From: Candidatus Saccharimonadales bacterium
GTDB taxonomy: Bacteria; Patescibacteriota; Saccharimonadia; Saccharimonadales; JAYRRP01
Length of the DNA: 64,000 bases
Assembly: GCA_041906765.1 (NCBI GenBank)
Contig: JAYRIP010000005.1
Coordinates: 1,581 to 65,580, forward strand
Direction of reading: 5' to 3'
Positions within the stretch are counted from its first letter, which is position 1. Each line of letters begins with the position of its first letter. Positions 36,663 to 45,738 of this stretch are shown piece after piece. The position numbers and the translations under genes are program-made. The notes under the pieces were generated by a model. That model was not told the origin of the DNA. It did no database searches and was given only the letters and a program-made list of their open reading frames with translations.

Positions 36663-37163
36663 TTATGAATCGTTTGTCTGGCGGTGAAGGAAAAAATTAA
36701 TCCATCCTTCAAAGTTCTTTCGATATGCAGCTTTGTGCGAAGAAGTTTTTGCCTCAGTTGCCGCCTTTTTTTCTGCCGATGGCAAATAATGGCTAAGGCC
36801 AACATTTTTGGGTATAATTATCACTTTTTCACCCGGGGCAGCTTTGCCGAATTGTCGCCGTGCAGCTAGCTCCAGAAATTCATCTGTACCAAGATACTGG
36901 TTCTTGAGCTTCAAGTTGTTATTTTCCAGTTCCTGCAATTTATTTTGCTGCTCGAGCTTAGCAATTTGTCGCTGTAGTTCGTAATTGGTCTGTATTGCCT
37001 TTATGCCACTCCAACTCACTAGCAAAGCAACAACGGCGAACACTATCATACCCAGTACCCGCACATCTTTAAGTTGGTGCGTATATGGGTGACGGATTAG
37101 AGTTTTTATTTTTTGCAGCACAGTTGTAATTATATAACTTTCTTTACAATCTGCTATACTCAT
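36663..37163 (-). CDS. septum formation initiator family protein (FtsB/DivIC-like)
   Basis: Single TM followed by a leucine-zipper-like coiled coil (QRQIAKLEQQNKLQELENNNLKLKNQ), then DEFLELAARRQFG typical of DivIC/FtsB. Confidence 0.65.
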   Translation of the reverse strand: MSIADCKESYIITTVLQKIKTLIRHPYTHQLKDVRVLGMIVFAVVALLVSWSGIKAIQTNYELQRQIAKLEQQNKLQELENNNLKLKNQYLGTDEFLELAARRQFGKAAPGEKVIIIPKNVGLSHYLPSAEKKAATEAKTSSHKAAYRKNFEGWINFFLHRQTNDS

Positions 37164-37185
37164 CCCTGTTACGCACAGCCGGCGT

Positions 37186-37261
37186 GGGGCAGTAGCTCAC
37201 CGGTTAGAGCAGGCGGCTCATAACCGCTTGGTAGTTGGTTCGATTCCAACCTGCCCCACCA
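37186..37261 (+). tRNA. elongator tRNA-Met (CAU), CCA encoded
   Basis: GGGGCAG-TA-GCTC-ACCGGTTA-GAGC-A-GGCGG-CTCATAA-CCGCT-TGGTA-GTTGG-TTCGATT-CCAAC-CTGCCCC-ACCA. It has a fully paired acceptor and Y11:R24. Confidence 0.9.
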
Positions 37262-37320
37262 TTTTGCAACAATCCGTGACCACACAAATGGTATAGTTCT
37301 ATTTCCGTTGCAACTAAAGT

Positions 37321-37710
37321 TTACACAGTGACGTGCCGGTTGGGGAGAGTAAGTAAGCGTACTAATCCCCAAGTAAGAAGGGCATAGACGAGCATCGCAA
37401 TGAGCGTCTCGAACTCAAAGCGTGAAACCCCAATCTGTTCATGATAGTTGAACATACCGAAGAACGGCTTGACGAATGGCAAGCTGGCACTATAGATAAA
37501 ATCTACCAGTACATTTCCTCTGTTTGCACCGAGCAACATAAGCAAAAACCTTAGCCCCAGTAAGGCGACTATAATCCCACCGATGAGAGATATAATTCTT
37601 GCTAACAATGTGGAACCACTCACAAAATCTGTATCTGGTTCACGAACCTCCGGCTCGTGTGTCACACGGGTTGTTTTCGTCGTGTAAGCCATAATAGAAT
37701 CCCCCCCCAT
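37321..37710 (-). CDS. YggT-like membrane protein
   Basis: Two TM helices flank LRFLLMLLGANRGNVLVDFIYSASLPFVKPFFGMF, which resembles actinobacterial-type YggT family proteins. Confidence 0.5.
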   Translation of the reverse strand: MGGDSIMAYTTKTTRVTHEPEVREPDTDFVSGSTLLARIISLIGGIIVALLGLRFLLMLLGANRGNVLVDFIYSASLPFVKPFFGMFNYHEQIGVSRFEFETLIAMLVYALLTWGLVRLLTLPNRHVTV

Positions 37711-37772
37711 TTATCACTTCCAGCTTAGTCTGATACGTGGAGTTTCCGCAGTAAGATTTATCGCTTTACATA

Positions 37773-38330
37773 TCAGTCATCTACCAAGAGTGACTGCATC
37801 TCAAGTTCAAGACGAGAACAGTTGTCAACTTCATCTCTCATGATCTCCCTAGTTGAGGCATGAGTAAGTAACTGTCGGGCTGCCCTGATTGGGCCACCAT
37901 GTGTCACGATGACAATATGTCCTTTGGGATAGCGTTTAAAAGTCTTGTTGAGAAACTGGTGCACCCTTACACACAAACTTCCCCAAGATTCGCCACCCGG
38001 AGCCCGGAGGTTCAATAAAGATCCGATACGACGGCCCCATGACACAAAAAACACCGGCAAGCCTTCGAATCGACCGAAGCTTAACTCACGCAAGTCTTGA
38101 TCGTAATGAAACGGTACATCGGGATGGCTTTGATGCAGCGGAATAGCAGTATCCTTGCATCTTTTAAGATCAGAAGAATAGATTACGTCGATTTTTTCCG
38201 CTGCCATAGCTTTTACAAGCTCGCGGACCTGCTCCTGGCCACGTCGAGATAGTGTGCCCGGACGCTGGCCCTGAATGATGCCACGCCGGTTTTCTTCTGT
38301 CTCTCCGTGCCTTATAAGTGTTATCTTCAC
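37773..38330 (-). CDS. histidine phosphatase family protein
   Basis: RHG motif (ITLIRHGETEEN) and C-terminal VTHGG. Confidence 0.8.
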   Translation of the reverse strand: MKITLIRHGETEENRRGIIQGQRPGTLSRRGQEQVRELVKAMAAEKIDVIYSSDLKRCKDTAIPLHQSHPDVPFHYDQDLRELSFGRFEGLPVFFVSWGRRIGSLLNLRAPGGESWGSLCVRVHQFLNKTFKRYPKGHIVIVTHGGPIRAARQLLTHASTREIMRDEVDNCSRLELEMQSLLVDD

Positions 38331-38357
38331 CCTCCCAGCATAGCAAAACTCATCTCT

Positions 38358-39347
38358 TTACCTAAGCAAGTCTAGAAGCTCATCTGCCGATTTCGCCTGC
38401 ATCAAATGTTCACGCAATTCTTTTGCACCATCGAAACCGTTAATGTAGACTTTGCAAAATTTGTTAAGAGTGTGTAATTTTCGCTCCCCTCCATGCCAGG
38501 TGCGGGCAAATAATTCAACGTGATGGCGGTATAAAGCTATCCGCTCTGCTTTGCTCATGTTCGCCCAAGGGCTTTTTGCGGCAAACACAAAAGGATCATC
38601 AAATACGCCCCTCCCGATCATCACCCCATCTACTCCATATTTTTGCGCCCAAGTTTCCCCTTCGGCTCGGCTATTTACGTCACCGTTGCCAACTATTGAG
38701 ATAGCAGGGGAGAGAACATCCCGGAGTTTGCGTATCTCACCAATCATGTCCCATTGTGCCGGAACCACACTGCGTTCAAAAGCTGTGCGACCATGTATAG
38801 TTAACATGTTAAGTTTGTACTCAAGCAAATATTCGTGCCAGGATAAATCTATCGTATTAAGTCCCAGTCTAGTTTTAACACTGACAGGGAAGTGGGGGCC
38901 AACCCCTTCCCTAACCGCCGTAATGATTTCTCCTGCCAGGCTACGATTATTGATTAGTGCTATACAACACCCGTTCTTTACTACCGCTTTATCAGGACAG
39001 CCCATATTAATGTCTACCCCGTCATAGCCCATTTGTACTAACTCACGGGCTACCTTGAAATAATGCTCTGGGTCTTTCCCCCATAATTGGGCAAATATTG
39101 GTCTTTGTCTGTTATCAAGCCGCAGTTTAGGCAGCAGTTTCTCCCTGCCCTGGCTACAAAGCCCATCCACATTCACAAACTCGGTAAAAAATAAATCCGG
39201 TCGCGCACAATCTGTCACAATCTGCCGGAAGACTACATCAGTTACATCATCCATGGGAGCAAGCACAAAAAATGGCTTGGGAAGCTTGGTCAGTATATTC
39301 ATATCAACTATTGCTTTGCTACTCATTAAAAAGAGCCGCCGGATCAC
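38358..39347 (-). CDS. tRNA-dihydrouridine synthase (Dus family)
   Basis: LAPMDDVTDVVFR, GVDINMGCP and a TIM-barrel layout. The true start may be an internal Met (M8 or M16). Confidence 0.85.
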   Translation of the reverse strand: MIRRLFLMSSKAIVDMNILTKLPKPFFVLAPMDDVTDVVFRQIVTDCARPDLFFTEFVNVDGLCSQGREKLLPKLRLDNRQRPIFAQLWGKDPEHYFKVARELVQMGYDGVDINMGCPDKAVVKNGCCIALINNRSLAGEIITAVREGVGPHFPVSVKTRLGLNTIDLSWHEYLLEYKLNMLTIHGRTAFERSVVPAQWDMIGEIRKLRDVLSPAISIVGNGDVNSRAEGETWAQKYGVDGVMIGRGVFDDPFVFAAKSPWANMSKAERIALYRHHVELFARTWHGGERKLHTLNKFCKVYINGFDGAKELREHLMQAKSADELLDLLR

Positions 39348-39378
39348 CGGCGGCCCCCTAAAGTAGCATCTGATCTGC

Positions 39379-39573
39379 TTATTTGCGCTTTACGGTCAAA
39401 AAGCCGTTGCGTGGGTTTTCGTTTACAACAAAACCATTTGGCAAGTCGGAAGCCTCAGGCCTCTGGTCTTTGCTGAAGTAGTAAATTGTTTGCTCTTTGC
39501 CGCCGCGAAGAGTTACTTTCTTCGAATTTAAGTGATATGTTACCCCTTTAGAGTTTGTGTGCTTGTAAGCCAT
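39379..39573 (-). CDS. small basic conserved-looking hypothetical protein
   Basis: 64-aa ORF (MAYKHTNSKGVTYHLNSKKV...IYYFSKD). No family name can be assigned from memory. Confidence 0.45.
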   Translation of the reverse strand: MAYKHTNSKGVTYHLNSKKVTLRGGKEQTIYYFSKDQRPEASDLPNGFVVNENPRNGFLTVKRK

Positions 39574-39796
39574 AGTAACAACTTCTCCCTCTCTTCATTA
39601 GTTATGGTACCCCTAACATACTCTGAGGGCTTTTGTCTTGTCAACCGTATTCAGGAGAAAAAACGGCGCTTACAGAGAATAATTTTTTCCTCCATCAAGC
39701 TTTTAAACAGATGTAATTTATGTAATTTGCTTCTTAATATGCTTATGCATTACACTGGATTGGAGTTACAACATGTTTAAACTCTAGGGAGTACGA

Positions 39797-40480
39797 ATGG
39801 ATTTTTCACGCAAAAGTAACGCCGGGAGCGGGCTAGAACCGGTAAATAAGCCCGTTCACAGTGTACCTAATATAACCCCCACAAAAGAAACGAAAAGGGC
39901 AAAACGCGAACCTCGCTGGTTACGTTTGACGAGTGTGCTCGAGTTGTTCGCCGCTACTTTATTAATAGTTTCTGTGATTGCCTTTCTAGTAGTCAACGGC
40001 AAAGACCGCAGCGAAGGAAAATATGTAGACAAATCAAAATACCAAGCCGTTTTTATGAACAGAGGAGACGTATATTTTGGCAAGATTACCCAGATGAATA
40101 GTTCATATATCCATCTGCAAGATGTATTTTCACTCAACCAGCCACAAACTGACCAAACTAAAACAGCTACTTCCCAGAAAAGCTATGACCTTATTAGCAT
40201 TACTCGACAGGTCCATTGCCCCACGAGTGAAATGGTCATTTATAAAGATCAAACTAGTTATTGGGAGAATATTCAGCCCGAAGGACAGGTGGTCAAATTA
40301 ATCAACGAATATAAGCAGCAAAACCCCGAGCAGAAATGTATCGAACCATCAGCTGACTCTAGCCAGTCTAATGCTACCCAAAGCAACGCCTCGCCAACAA
40401 CCACGCAGCAAACTACTACTCCCAATACACAAACCAACCAAACGACACCAAAAACCAATTCGAACAGTACGCAGCGCTAA
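39797..40480 (+). CDS. membrane-anchored hypothetical protein with Thr/Gln/Asn-rich C-terminus
   Basis: 227-aa ORF with one TM near residue 50 and a low-complexity tail. Confidence 0.5.
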   Translation: MDFSRKSNAGSGLEPVNKPVHSVPNITPTKETKRAKREPRWLRLTSVLELFAATLLIVSVIAFLVVNGKDRSEGKYVDKSKYQAVFMNRGDVYFGKITQMNSSYIHLQDVFSLNQPQTDQTKTATSQKSYDLISITRQVHCPTSEMVIYKDQTSYWENIQPEGQVVKLINEYKQQNPEQKCIEPSADSSQSNATQSNASPTTTQQTTTPNTQTNQTTPKTNSNSTQR

Positions 40481-40497
40481 CGACAGGAATAGCGCGC

Positions 40498-40893
40498 ATG
40501 GTGCATACCAGCCATGAGGAATTCAATCAAATTGTCGCCAATGCTATTGATGCGATACCTGAAAAGTATGCAAAGCATATCAACAATCTGGCATTTGTAG
40601 TCGAAGATTATCCGACGGATGAACAACGCCGCAAGCTACGTCTGCGCTCAGGAGAAACTCTATTTGGTTTGTATGAGGGCATACCGCTCACTAGTCGTAA
40701 TAACGGCTACAACCTGGTTTTACCGGACAAAATTACCGTCTTTAAGCAGCCTCTAGAAGCAGTAAGTCAAAATTTGTCTGATTTAAATACCAGAGTGCGT
40801 AAGACTATTTGGCATGAAGTCGCTCACTATTATGGTTTAGGCCACACCGACATGGATGCATTGGAGGCAAAGAAGCACCCAAAGAAACCATAA
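40498..40893 (+). CDS. metallopeptidase family protein (minimal zincin, DUF1025/PF06262-like)
   Basis: HEVAHYYG zinc motif near the C-terminus and family-typical N-terminal pattern (F...V..A...IP......L.N...VVED.P). Confidence 0.75.
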   Translation: MVHTSHEEFNQIVANAIDAIPEKYAKHINNLAFVVEDYPTDEQRRKLRLRSGETLFGLYEGIPLTSRNNGYNLVLPDKITVFKQPLEAVSQNLSDLNTRVRKTIWHEVAHYYGLGHTDMDALEAKKHPKKP

Positions 40894-40903
40894 TGTCCTG
40901 CCC

Positions 40904-41512
40904 TTAAGATAATGACTTTAACTCAGCTCTCACCCAACGCTCAAGCCCATAACGAAAGGCAAACAACAAGAAAAGTATTGCCGACAAAACCATGCTCCAA
41001 CCGGCTAAATCAGGTGACCAAAAGGGAGAAACAAAATCAAATTTATAGAGGCTATCAGGTATTGGCTGCTCTTGTGCCCCACCATGTGTGGTGACATATT
41101 CTTGGATACAAGGTATACGCCCGCCGCCGGATAAGCCCTGGGGGAAACGCCGCTCACAATCAGCCTGAGCTTCAGTATACAACTTCGCATTGAGCGCACT
41201 TACCCGCTCCTTCTCGGCGTTTGCCAACCTTTCGTAGCGATATTTGAGCTGAACTGGTGGACGGATGGCGTTTGGACCACTGGCAAGATTAGTGTTCATA
41301 TGTGCATAGACATATTTTCGTAGTTTTTGCAGAGCTGCTTCTACATCCTGGTTTTGCTGGTCAGCCTTTAGTACCTCATCCCGCAGCTTTATGGCAGTCA
41401 AGTTATTGTGCCTCAACGCAGACGCACAAATAAAGGCAACTATAATACCCGCTACTAACAACGCCCAATGATTCATGGGTTTCATTATCTTATGTAATCG
41501 TGCTAGTGCCAT
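40904..41512 (-). CDS. membrane protein, hypothetical (N- and C-terminal TM helices)
   Basis: 202-aa ORF with a periplasmic-looking middle region. Confidence 0.45.
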   Translation of the reverse strand: MALARLHKIMKPMNHWALLVAGIIVAFICASALRHNNLTAIKLRDEVLKADQQNQDVEAALQKLRKYVYAHMNTNLASGPNAIRPPVQLKYRYERLANAEKERVSALNAKLYTEAQADCERRFPQGLSGGGRIPCIQEYVTTHGGAQEQPIPDSLYKFDFVSPFWSPDLAGWSMVLSAILFLLFAFRYGLERWVRAELKSLS

Positions 41513-41590
41513 AGTGCTTACTTAATTGTAGCTTGTTTTGTCCCCCACAGGCATTGACTAGGGTAATTTTTCCCATGTTAGACTGAAACC

Positions 41591-42883
41591 ATGCATATTT
41601 TCTTCTCCGGCATCGGTGGCACCGCTATTGGTCCCTTAGCTCTTATTGCTCAGCAAGCTGGCTACACTGTTTCTGGTTCTGACAAACAGGACTCTCTTTA
41701 CATTGCATATCTTAAGAAGCGCGGCATAGAGACTATTCATATTGGGCAGGATACGCAGCAGATGGCCTCCGTACATGAAAAAAATCCGATTGATTGGTAC
41801 GTATATTCCTCTGCGGTGGAAAAAGAGAATCCTCACGCGCCAGAGTTACAATTTGTCCGCGATCAAAGGATTAAGATGAGTAAACGAGATGAATTGCTCA
41901 ATCTGATTTTGAAAGATCAAGGTTTGAAGCTTATCGCTGTGGCTGGCACGCATGGCAAAACTACTACCACCGCGATGATCGTTTGGCTTTTTAAGCAACT
42001 TGATCTTCCTCTCTCCTATTCAGTTGGTGCCAAAATAAGCTTTGGTGATATGGGTCACTTTGACCAAAAAAGCCAATATTTCGCTTACGAATGCGATGAG
42101 TTCGACCGCAATTTCTTAGCCTTCACTCCCTATTTAAGCCTCATCAGCGGCGTAAGTTGGGACCATCACGAAATTTTTCCAACTCGCGAAGATTATCAAC
42201 AAGCCTTCAAAGAATTTATCAGCCAAAGCCATCATACAATTGTGTGGCAAGAAGATTTTGATTATTTGAGCCTGGCTGTCCAAAGCAGTTGTACGGTCCT
42301 AGACAGTGGAAACCCGCACATTAACCAACTAAAACTTAAAGGCCAGTACAATCGATTGGATGCCTGGTTGGCCATTCAAGCTTTACACCGTGTCAGTGGT
42401 AAACCAGTTGATAAACTCATCACGCTAATGAATCAATTCCCTGGCCTGCAGCGCCGGATGGAAGCAATTATCCCCAATCTTTATAGTGACTATGCACACA
42501 CTCCAGAGAAAATCCGTGGTGCTATGAGCGTTGCGGTAGAAATGGCAACTGAGCGAGGTCAAAACCTTGTGGTAATTTATGAACCACTCACCAACCGCAG
42601 GCAGCACTATATGATGGACGATTATGGTGATTGTTTTTCAGGAGCTAAGCAAGTCTACTGGATACCAAGCTACCTAGCCCGTGAAGACCCAGCGCAACGT
42701 ATCCTTGCACCTGCAGAACTTATTAGCCACTTGGTAGATCCAAAAATAGCGAAGCCTATGAAGCGAGATGAGAAGCTGAAGGAAATAATCCAAAAACATC
42801 TCAGCGACGGAGATATGGTAGTTGGCATGGCCGGCGGTGGCGGAGACAGTCTAGACGAATGGCTACGTCAAGAATTTGCCTGA
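41591..42883 (+). CDS. Mur ligase family protein, MurC-like (UDP-N-acetylmuramate--L-alanine ligase-like)
   Basis: N-terminal Rossmann motif FSGIGGTAIGPLA, P-loop AVAGTHGKTTTT and ECDEFDRNFL (cf. EADESDGSFL of MurC). It stands apart from any dcw cluster. Confidence 0.7.
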   Translation: MHIFFSGIGGTAIGPLALIAQQAGYTVSGSDKQDSLYIAYLKKRGIETIHIGQDTQQMASVHEKNPIDWYVYSSAVEKENPHAPELQFVRDQRIKMSKRDELLNLILKDQGLKLIAVAGTHGKTTTTAMIVWLFKQLDLPLSYSVGAKISFGDMGHFDQKSQYFAYECDEFDRNFLAFTPYLSLISGVSWDHHEIFPTREDYQQAFKEFISQSHHTIVWQEDFDYLSLAVQSSCTVLDSGNPHINQLKLKGQYNRLDAWLAIQALHRVSGKPVDKLITLMNQFPGLQRRMEAIIPNLYSDYAHTPEKIRGAMSVAVEMATERGQNLVVIYEPLTNRRQHYMMDDYGDCFSGAKQVYWIPSYLAREDPAQRILAPAELISHLVDPKIAKPMKRDEKLKEIIQKHLSDGDMVVGMAGGGGDSLDEWLRQEFA

Positions 42884-42962
42884 AGCCCTGATACAAATAC
42901 GATATCTTCAATTCTACAGGCAACATTAGCATACGAAACCCTTATGCTATAGTGGAAGTTAT

Positions 42963-44342
42963 ATGGAAAGGCGAGCGCCGGCAAAAGTGCAAATACGACG
43001 CCGGATAAATCTTTTACTAATTCTCATTGCAATAGCCGGATTAGTCGGATCTGCCCTTGTGGGCTATATGGTGAATAACCGCAACAAACATTCACTATTG
43101 AAGCGCGCCCAGACAGTAGCCGATGCTTTACCGGCTGAAGAAATACTAGAGCTGAACGGTTCAGAGCAAGATCTGCAGAAACCAGCCTACCAACGCCTTA
43201 AAAGCCGCCTGGAACACATTCGCGCCGACAATAATGACATTCGTTTTGCCTATATTACTGGCCAATCCCAAGAGAACGTATTTTTCTATGCCGACTCAGA
43301 GGATCCTTCAAGTGACGATTATTCCCCACCTGGGCAGACTTACCCCGAAGCATCCGAAAAGTTTATTGCCTCATTTAGTAAAGGTGAGGCGTTCGTGGAA
43401 GGCCCTTACCGCGACCGTTGGGGCACCTGGATTTCTGCTTTGGCACCCATGAAAGATCCAAAAACAAACAAGGTAATTGCAATCGCAGGGATTGATAGCC
43501 CTGCGCAAAATTACTTTCTGCAAATTGGATTTTTAAGTTTGTTCCCCTTATTGTTAGCCGGAATTCCTTTCGTGGTGTTATGGCGGGCACGTGAATTAGA
43601 AAAGCGACAGCGTGAAATATCTGAGCTAAAGACGCATTTTTCTGCCATAATTTCTGACGAACTCAGAACCCCTTTGGGCGGTATTTTATGGGCATCACGA
43701 CAACTTGATAAAGAAGGATCAAAAGAATTTGCACCTCAGCACTTAGAGACCCTTACGCACATCAGCGAAAGTACTGAGTTATGCATTTCTACCCTGAACG
43801 AACTCACCGACAGTTCAATCTTTAATCGGCTACATTCTAGCAAGGACTTTGACACACCTGTCGATATAACCAGCCTCGTGGCCGATGTACAGAATATGTT
43901 GAGGTTAGCGGCGGCCGAAAAAGATATCAGCCTGACACAGACTGGTAGCTGGCCGAAGCAGGCACTTATCCTCGGTGATAAAGCCCTGCTAAAAGAAGCC
44001 CTTATGAGTATTGTGAACAATGCAATCCGTTACAGTTTAGAAAGTGGCGAAGTTACCCTTAATTATTCGCACACCAAATCACAGCACATCATTGGGATAA
44101 GCGATTTTGGCACAGGCATTACTACGGCTGATCAGGCCAAAGTGTTATCTGGCGAGCTTGAATCGACATCTTCGAGTCCGGCCTCCAGTGGCGTAGTAAG
44201 CCTAAGTATCGCAAAACTTATCTTTGAGCGACATAAAGGCAAACTCTGGTTTGAAAACCAGGACAACTACGGCACAGTGGTATTGGTTTCCCTGCCAGTC
44301 AGCACCAAACATCCAAGCTCAATTGAATCGGACAAGTTTTAA
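42963..44342 (+). CDS. sensor histidine kinase-like protein with Asp replacing the phospho-acceptor His (probable pseudokinase)
   Basis: TM, then a Cache/PDC-like ectodomain, then TM, then a HisKA-like helix reading SDELRTPL (GAC at 43656-43658) instead of SHELRTPL. An N-box (NAIRYS) and G1 (SDFGTGI) are present. The G2 lid is degenerate (GVVSLS instead of GxGLGL). Confidence 0.75.
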   Translation: MERRAPAKVQIRRRINLLLILIAIAGLVGSALVGYMVNNRNKHSLLKRAQTVADALPAEEILELNGSEQDLQKPAYQRLKSRLEHIRADNNDIRFAYITGQSQENVFFYADSEDPSSDDYSPPGQTYPEASEKFIASFSKGEAFVEGPYRDRWGTWISALAPMKDPKTNKVIAIAGIDSPAQNYFLQIGFLSLFPLLLAGIPFVVLWRARELEKRQREISELKTHFSAIISDELRTPLGGILWASRQLDKEGSKEFAPQHLETLTHISESTELCISTLNELTDSSIFNRLHSSKDFDTPVDITSLVADVQNMLRLAAAEKDISLTQTGSWPKQALILGDKALLKEALMSIVNNAIRYSLESGEVTLNYSHTKSQHIIGISDFGTGITTADQAKVLSGELESTSSSPASSGVVSLSIAKLIFERHKGKLWFENQDNYGTVVLVSLPVSTKHPSSIESDKF

Positions 44343-44794
44343 TTTAACCGCCACTCTTGCCGTGGCTGCTGTGGAAAGTTTACCTGATCAAATAAAACGA
44401 ATGAGGTAGGTTTAAGCTGATAAAGATGGCGTGGATTCCGACCCGAAATGATGTCTTGTAATTTCGCATGTGCAGTATACCTCTCAGCATAAGCATCAGA
44501 GATGATTTCAAGTTCTTTTGGATCTGTTACCTCTCTAGCCGTTCCAGTTACCTGTACGCCTGCTAAGGTTGTAGTTGCCTTATCCGAAGGTACTACAATG
44601 GCAGCAGACACGTATGGATTGCGTGCAATGTGCTGGGAATGGTGGGTTTGAGGGTGAGACAACCAATATAAATGGTGGAGATTATCATGGGCAAAATACA
44701 CCGTACACGCCCAAGGTCGATTATTATCGCACGTTGCTAATTGCATTAATCGTCCTTTATCCAGATAAGAAATAACTAAATCCTGCACTTTCAT
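44339..44794 (-). CDS. pyridoxamine 5'-phosphate oxidase-like FMN-binding family protein
   Basis: 151 aa with a split-barrel family pattern (LATCDNNRPWACTVYFA...YWLS). The assignment comes from general resemblance only. Confidence 0.55.
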   Translation of the reverse strand: MKVQDLVISYLDKGRLMQLATCDNNRPWACTVYFAHDNLHHLYWLSHPQTHHSQHIARNPYVSAAIVVPSDKATTTLAGVQVTGTAREVTDPKELEIISDAYAERYTAHAKLQDIISGRNPRHLYQLKPTSFVLFDQVNFPQQPRQEWRLN

Positions 44795-45123
44795 CGGTTA
44801 TCTCCACTTCCGCCCGTCTTGCCGCGAGCCTTTCTGCTTAAGACCTTCTCGAGGTTGCCGGTTGCAATTTGTTGAAAGGGAATCTCAAGCCAGTTAGCAA
44901 TCGCCTGGAGGTACCAAAGTACGTCGCCGAGCTCTTTTACTAGTTCCTGTCTGTCTGAATCGTCCAATTGACCATCTTTGTCCCGCAGTATCTTTTTGAT
45001 TTTTTCAGCTACTTCGCCGGCCTCACCAACCAAACCGAGCGTTCTATACGTCAGACTCTCGAGATTACGAACCGGCTTGAGGGCTGTGCTCATAGCCTGC
45101 TGTTGGTATTCATCAAATGTCAT
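44791..45123 (-). CDS. MazG-like nucleotide pyrophosphohydrolase
   Basis: EExE/D metal motifs in the MazG helices (GLVGEAGEVAEKIKK ... ELGDVLWYL). Confidence 0.8.
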   Translation of the reverse strand: MTFDEYQQQAMSTALKPVRNLESLTYRTLGLVGEAGEVAEKIKKILRDKDGQLDDSDRQELVKELGDVLWYLQAIANWLEIPFQQIATGNLEKVLSRKARGKTGGSGDNR

Positions 45124-45719
45124 CTCACTACTTCTCCTTTATCGTTAATATTTACTGCGCCTTTTCTCAACACTACAACCGCATCATCTATAATCCGAAT
45201 AAGTGTCGAAGGTAAATGTCCAGCTAGATCTCCGCCATCCACGTAAAAGTCTACTTGCTCATTAAATATTTTCTCAGCTTCAGCAATGGTGCCAGCTGGT
45301 GCTTCACCCGGCCAGTTCGCACTGGTTGTCAGCAATGGTCCGGTCTGGTCAAGTACACGCGACAGTAACGCATGTTCAGGCACCCGTACCGCGAGAGTTT
45401 GCAACTCTTGATGCAAATACACTAGTTTAGTTTTATCCACGGGCAGCAAAATACTTATAGCCGAAGGCCAATAATGAGTAACAGGCACAAGGTATGCATG
45501 TCGAATGCCTAACTCTTCAAGCTGCCGGGGATTAACTGCAATTACCGTACCCGGCTTTCGCTCGCGGTTTTTAAGACCGTAAAGGCGTTTCACGGCCTCT
45601 TGATCCATTGCCCGGCACGCCAATCCATATACTGTGTCAGTAGGTATCACGCCTATCATTCCTTGCAACAAACACTGCACAACTGCTTGATCTTTCAGAG
45701 AGTCAAACTTTAGCGCCAT
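45120..45719 (-). CDS. tsaC: L-threonylcarbamoyladenylate synthase (TsaC/YrdC family)
   Basis: IPTDTVYGLA, the K-x-R region (LKNRERKPGTV) and SAN..G motifs. ATG 45719 is chosen because the track ORF extends into the divergent mscS gene. Confidence 0.85.
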   Translation of the reverse strand: MALKFDSLKDQAVVQCLLQGMIGVIPTDTVYGLACRAMDQEAVKRLYGLKNRERKPGTVIAVNPRQLEELGIRHAYLVPVTHYWPSAISILLPVDKTKLVYLHQELQTLAVRVPEHALLSRVLDQTGPLLTTSANWPGEAPAGTIAEAEKIFNEQVDFYVDGGDLAGHLPSTLIRIIDDAVVVLRKGAVNINDKGEVVR

Positions 45720-45738
45720 ACCTGATATACTAGCATCA

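Noticed and set aside
37169-37372. A 67-aa minus-strand ORF overlapping tRNA-Met.
   Set aside because: It is antisense to a well-folding tRNA gene, so it is a spurious ORF.
38551-39027. A 158-aa plus-strand ORF inside the dus gene.
   Set aside because: It is antisense to a conserved TIM-barrel enzyme frame and has no motifs.
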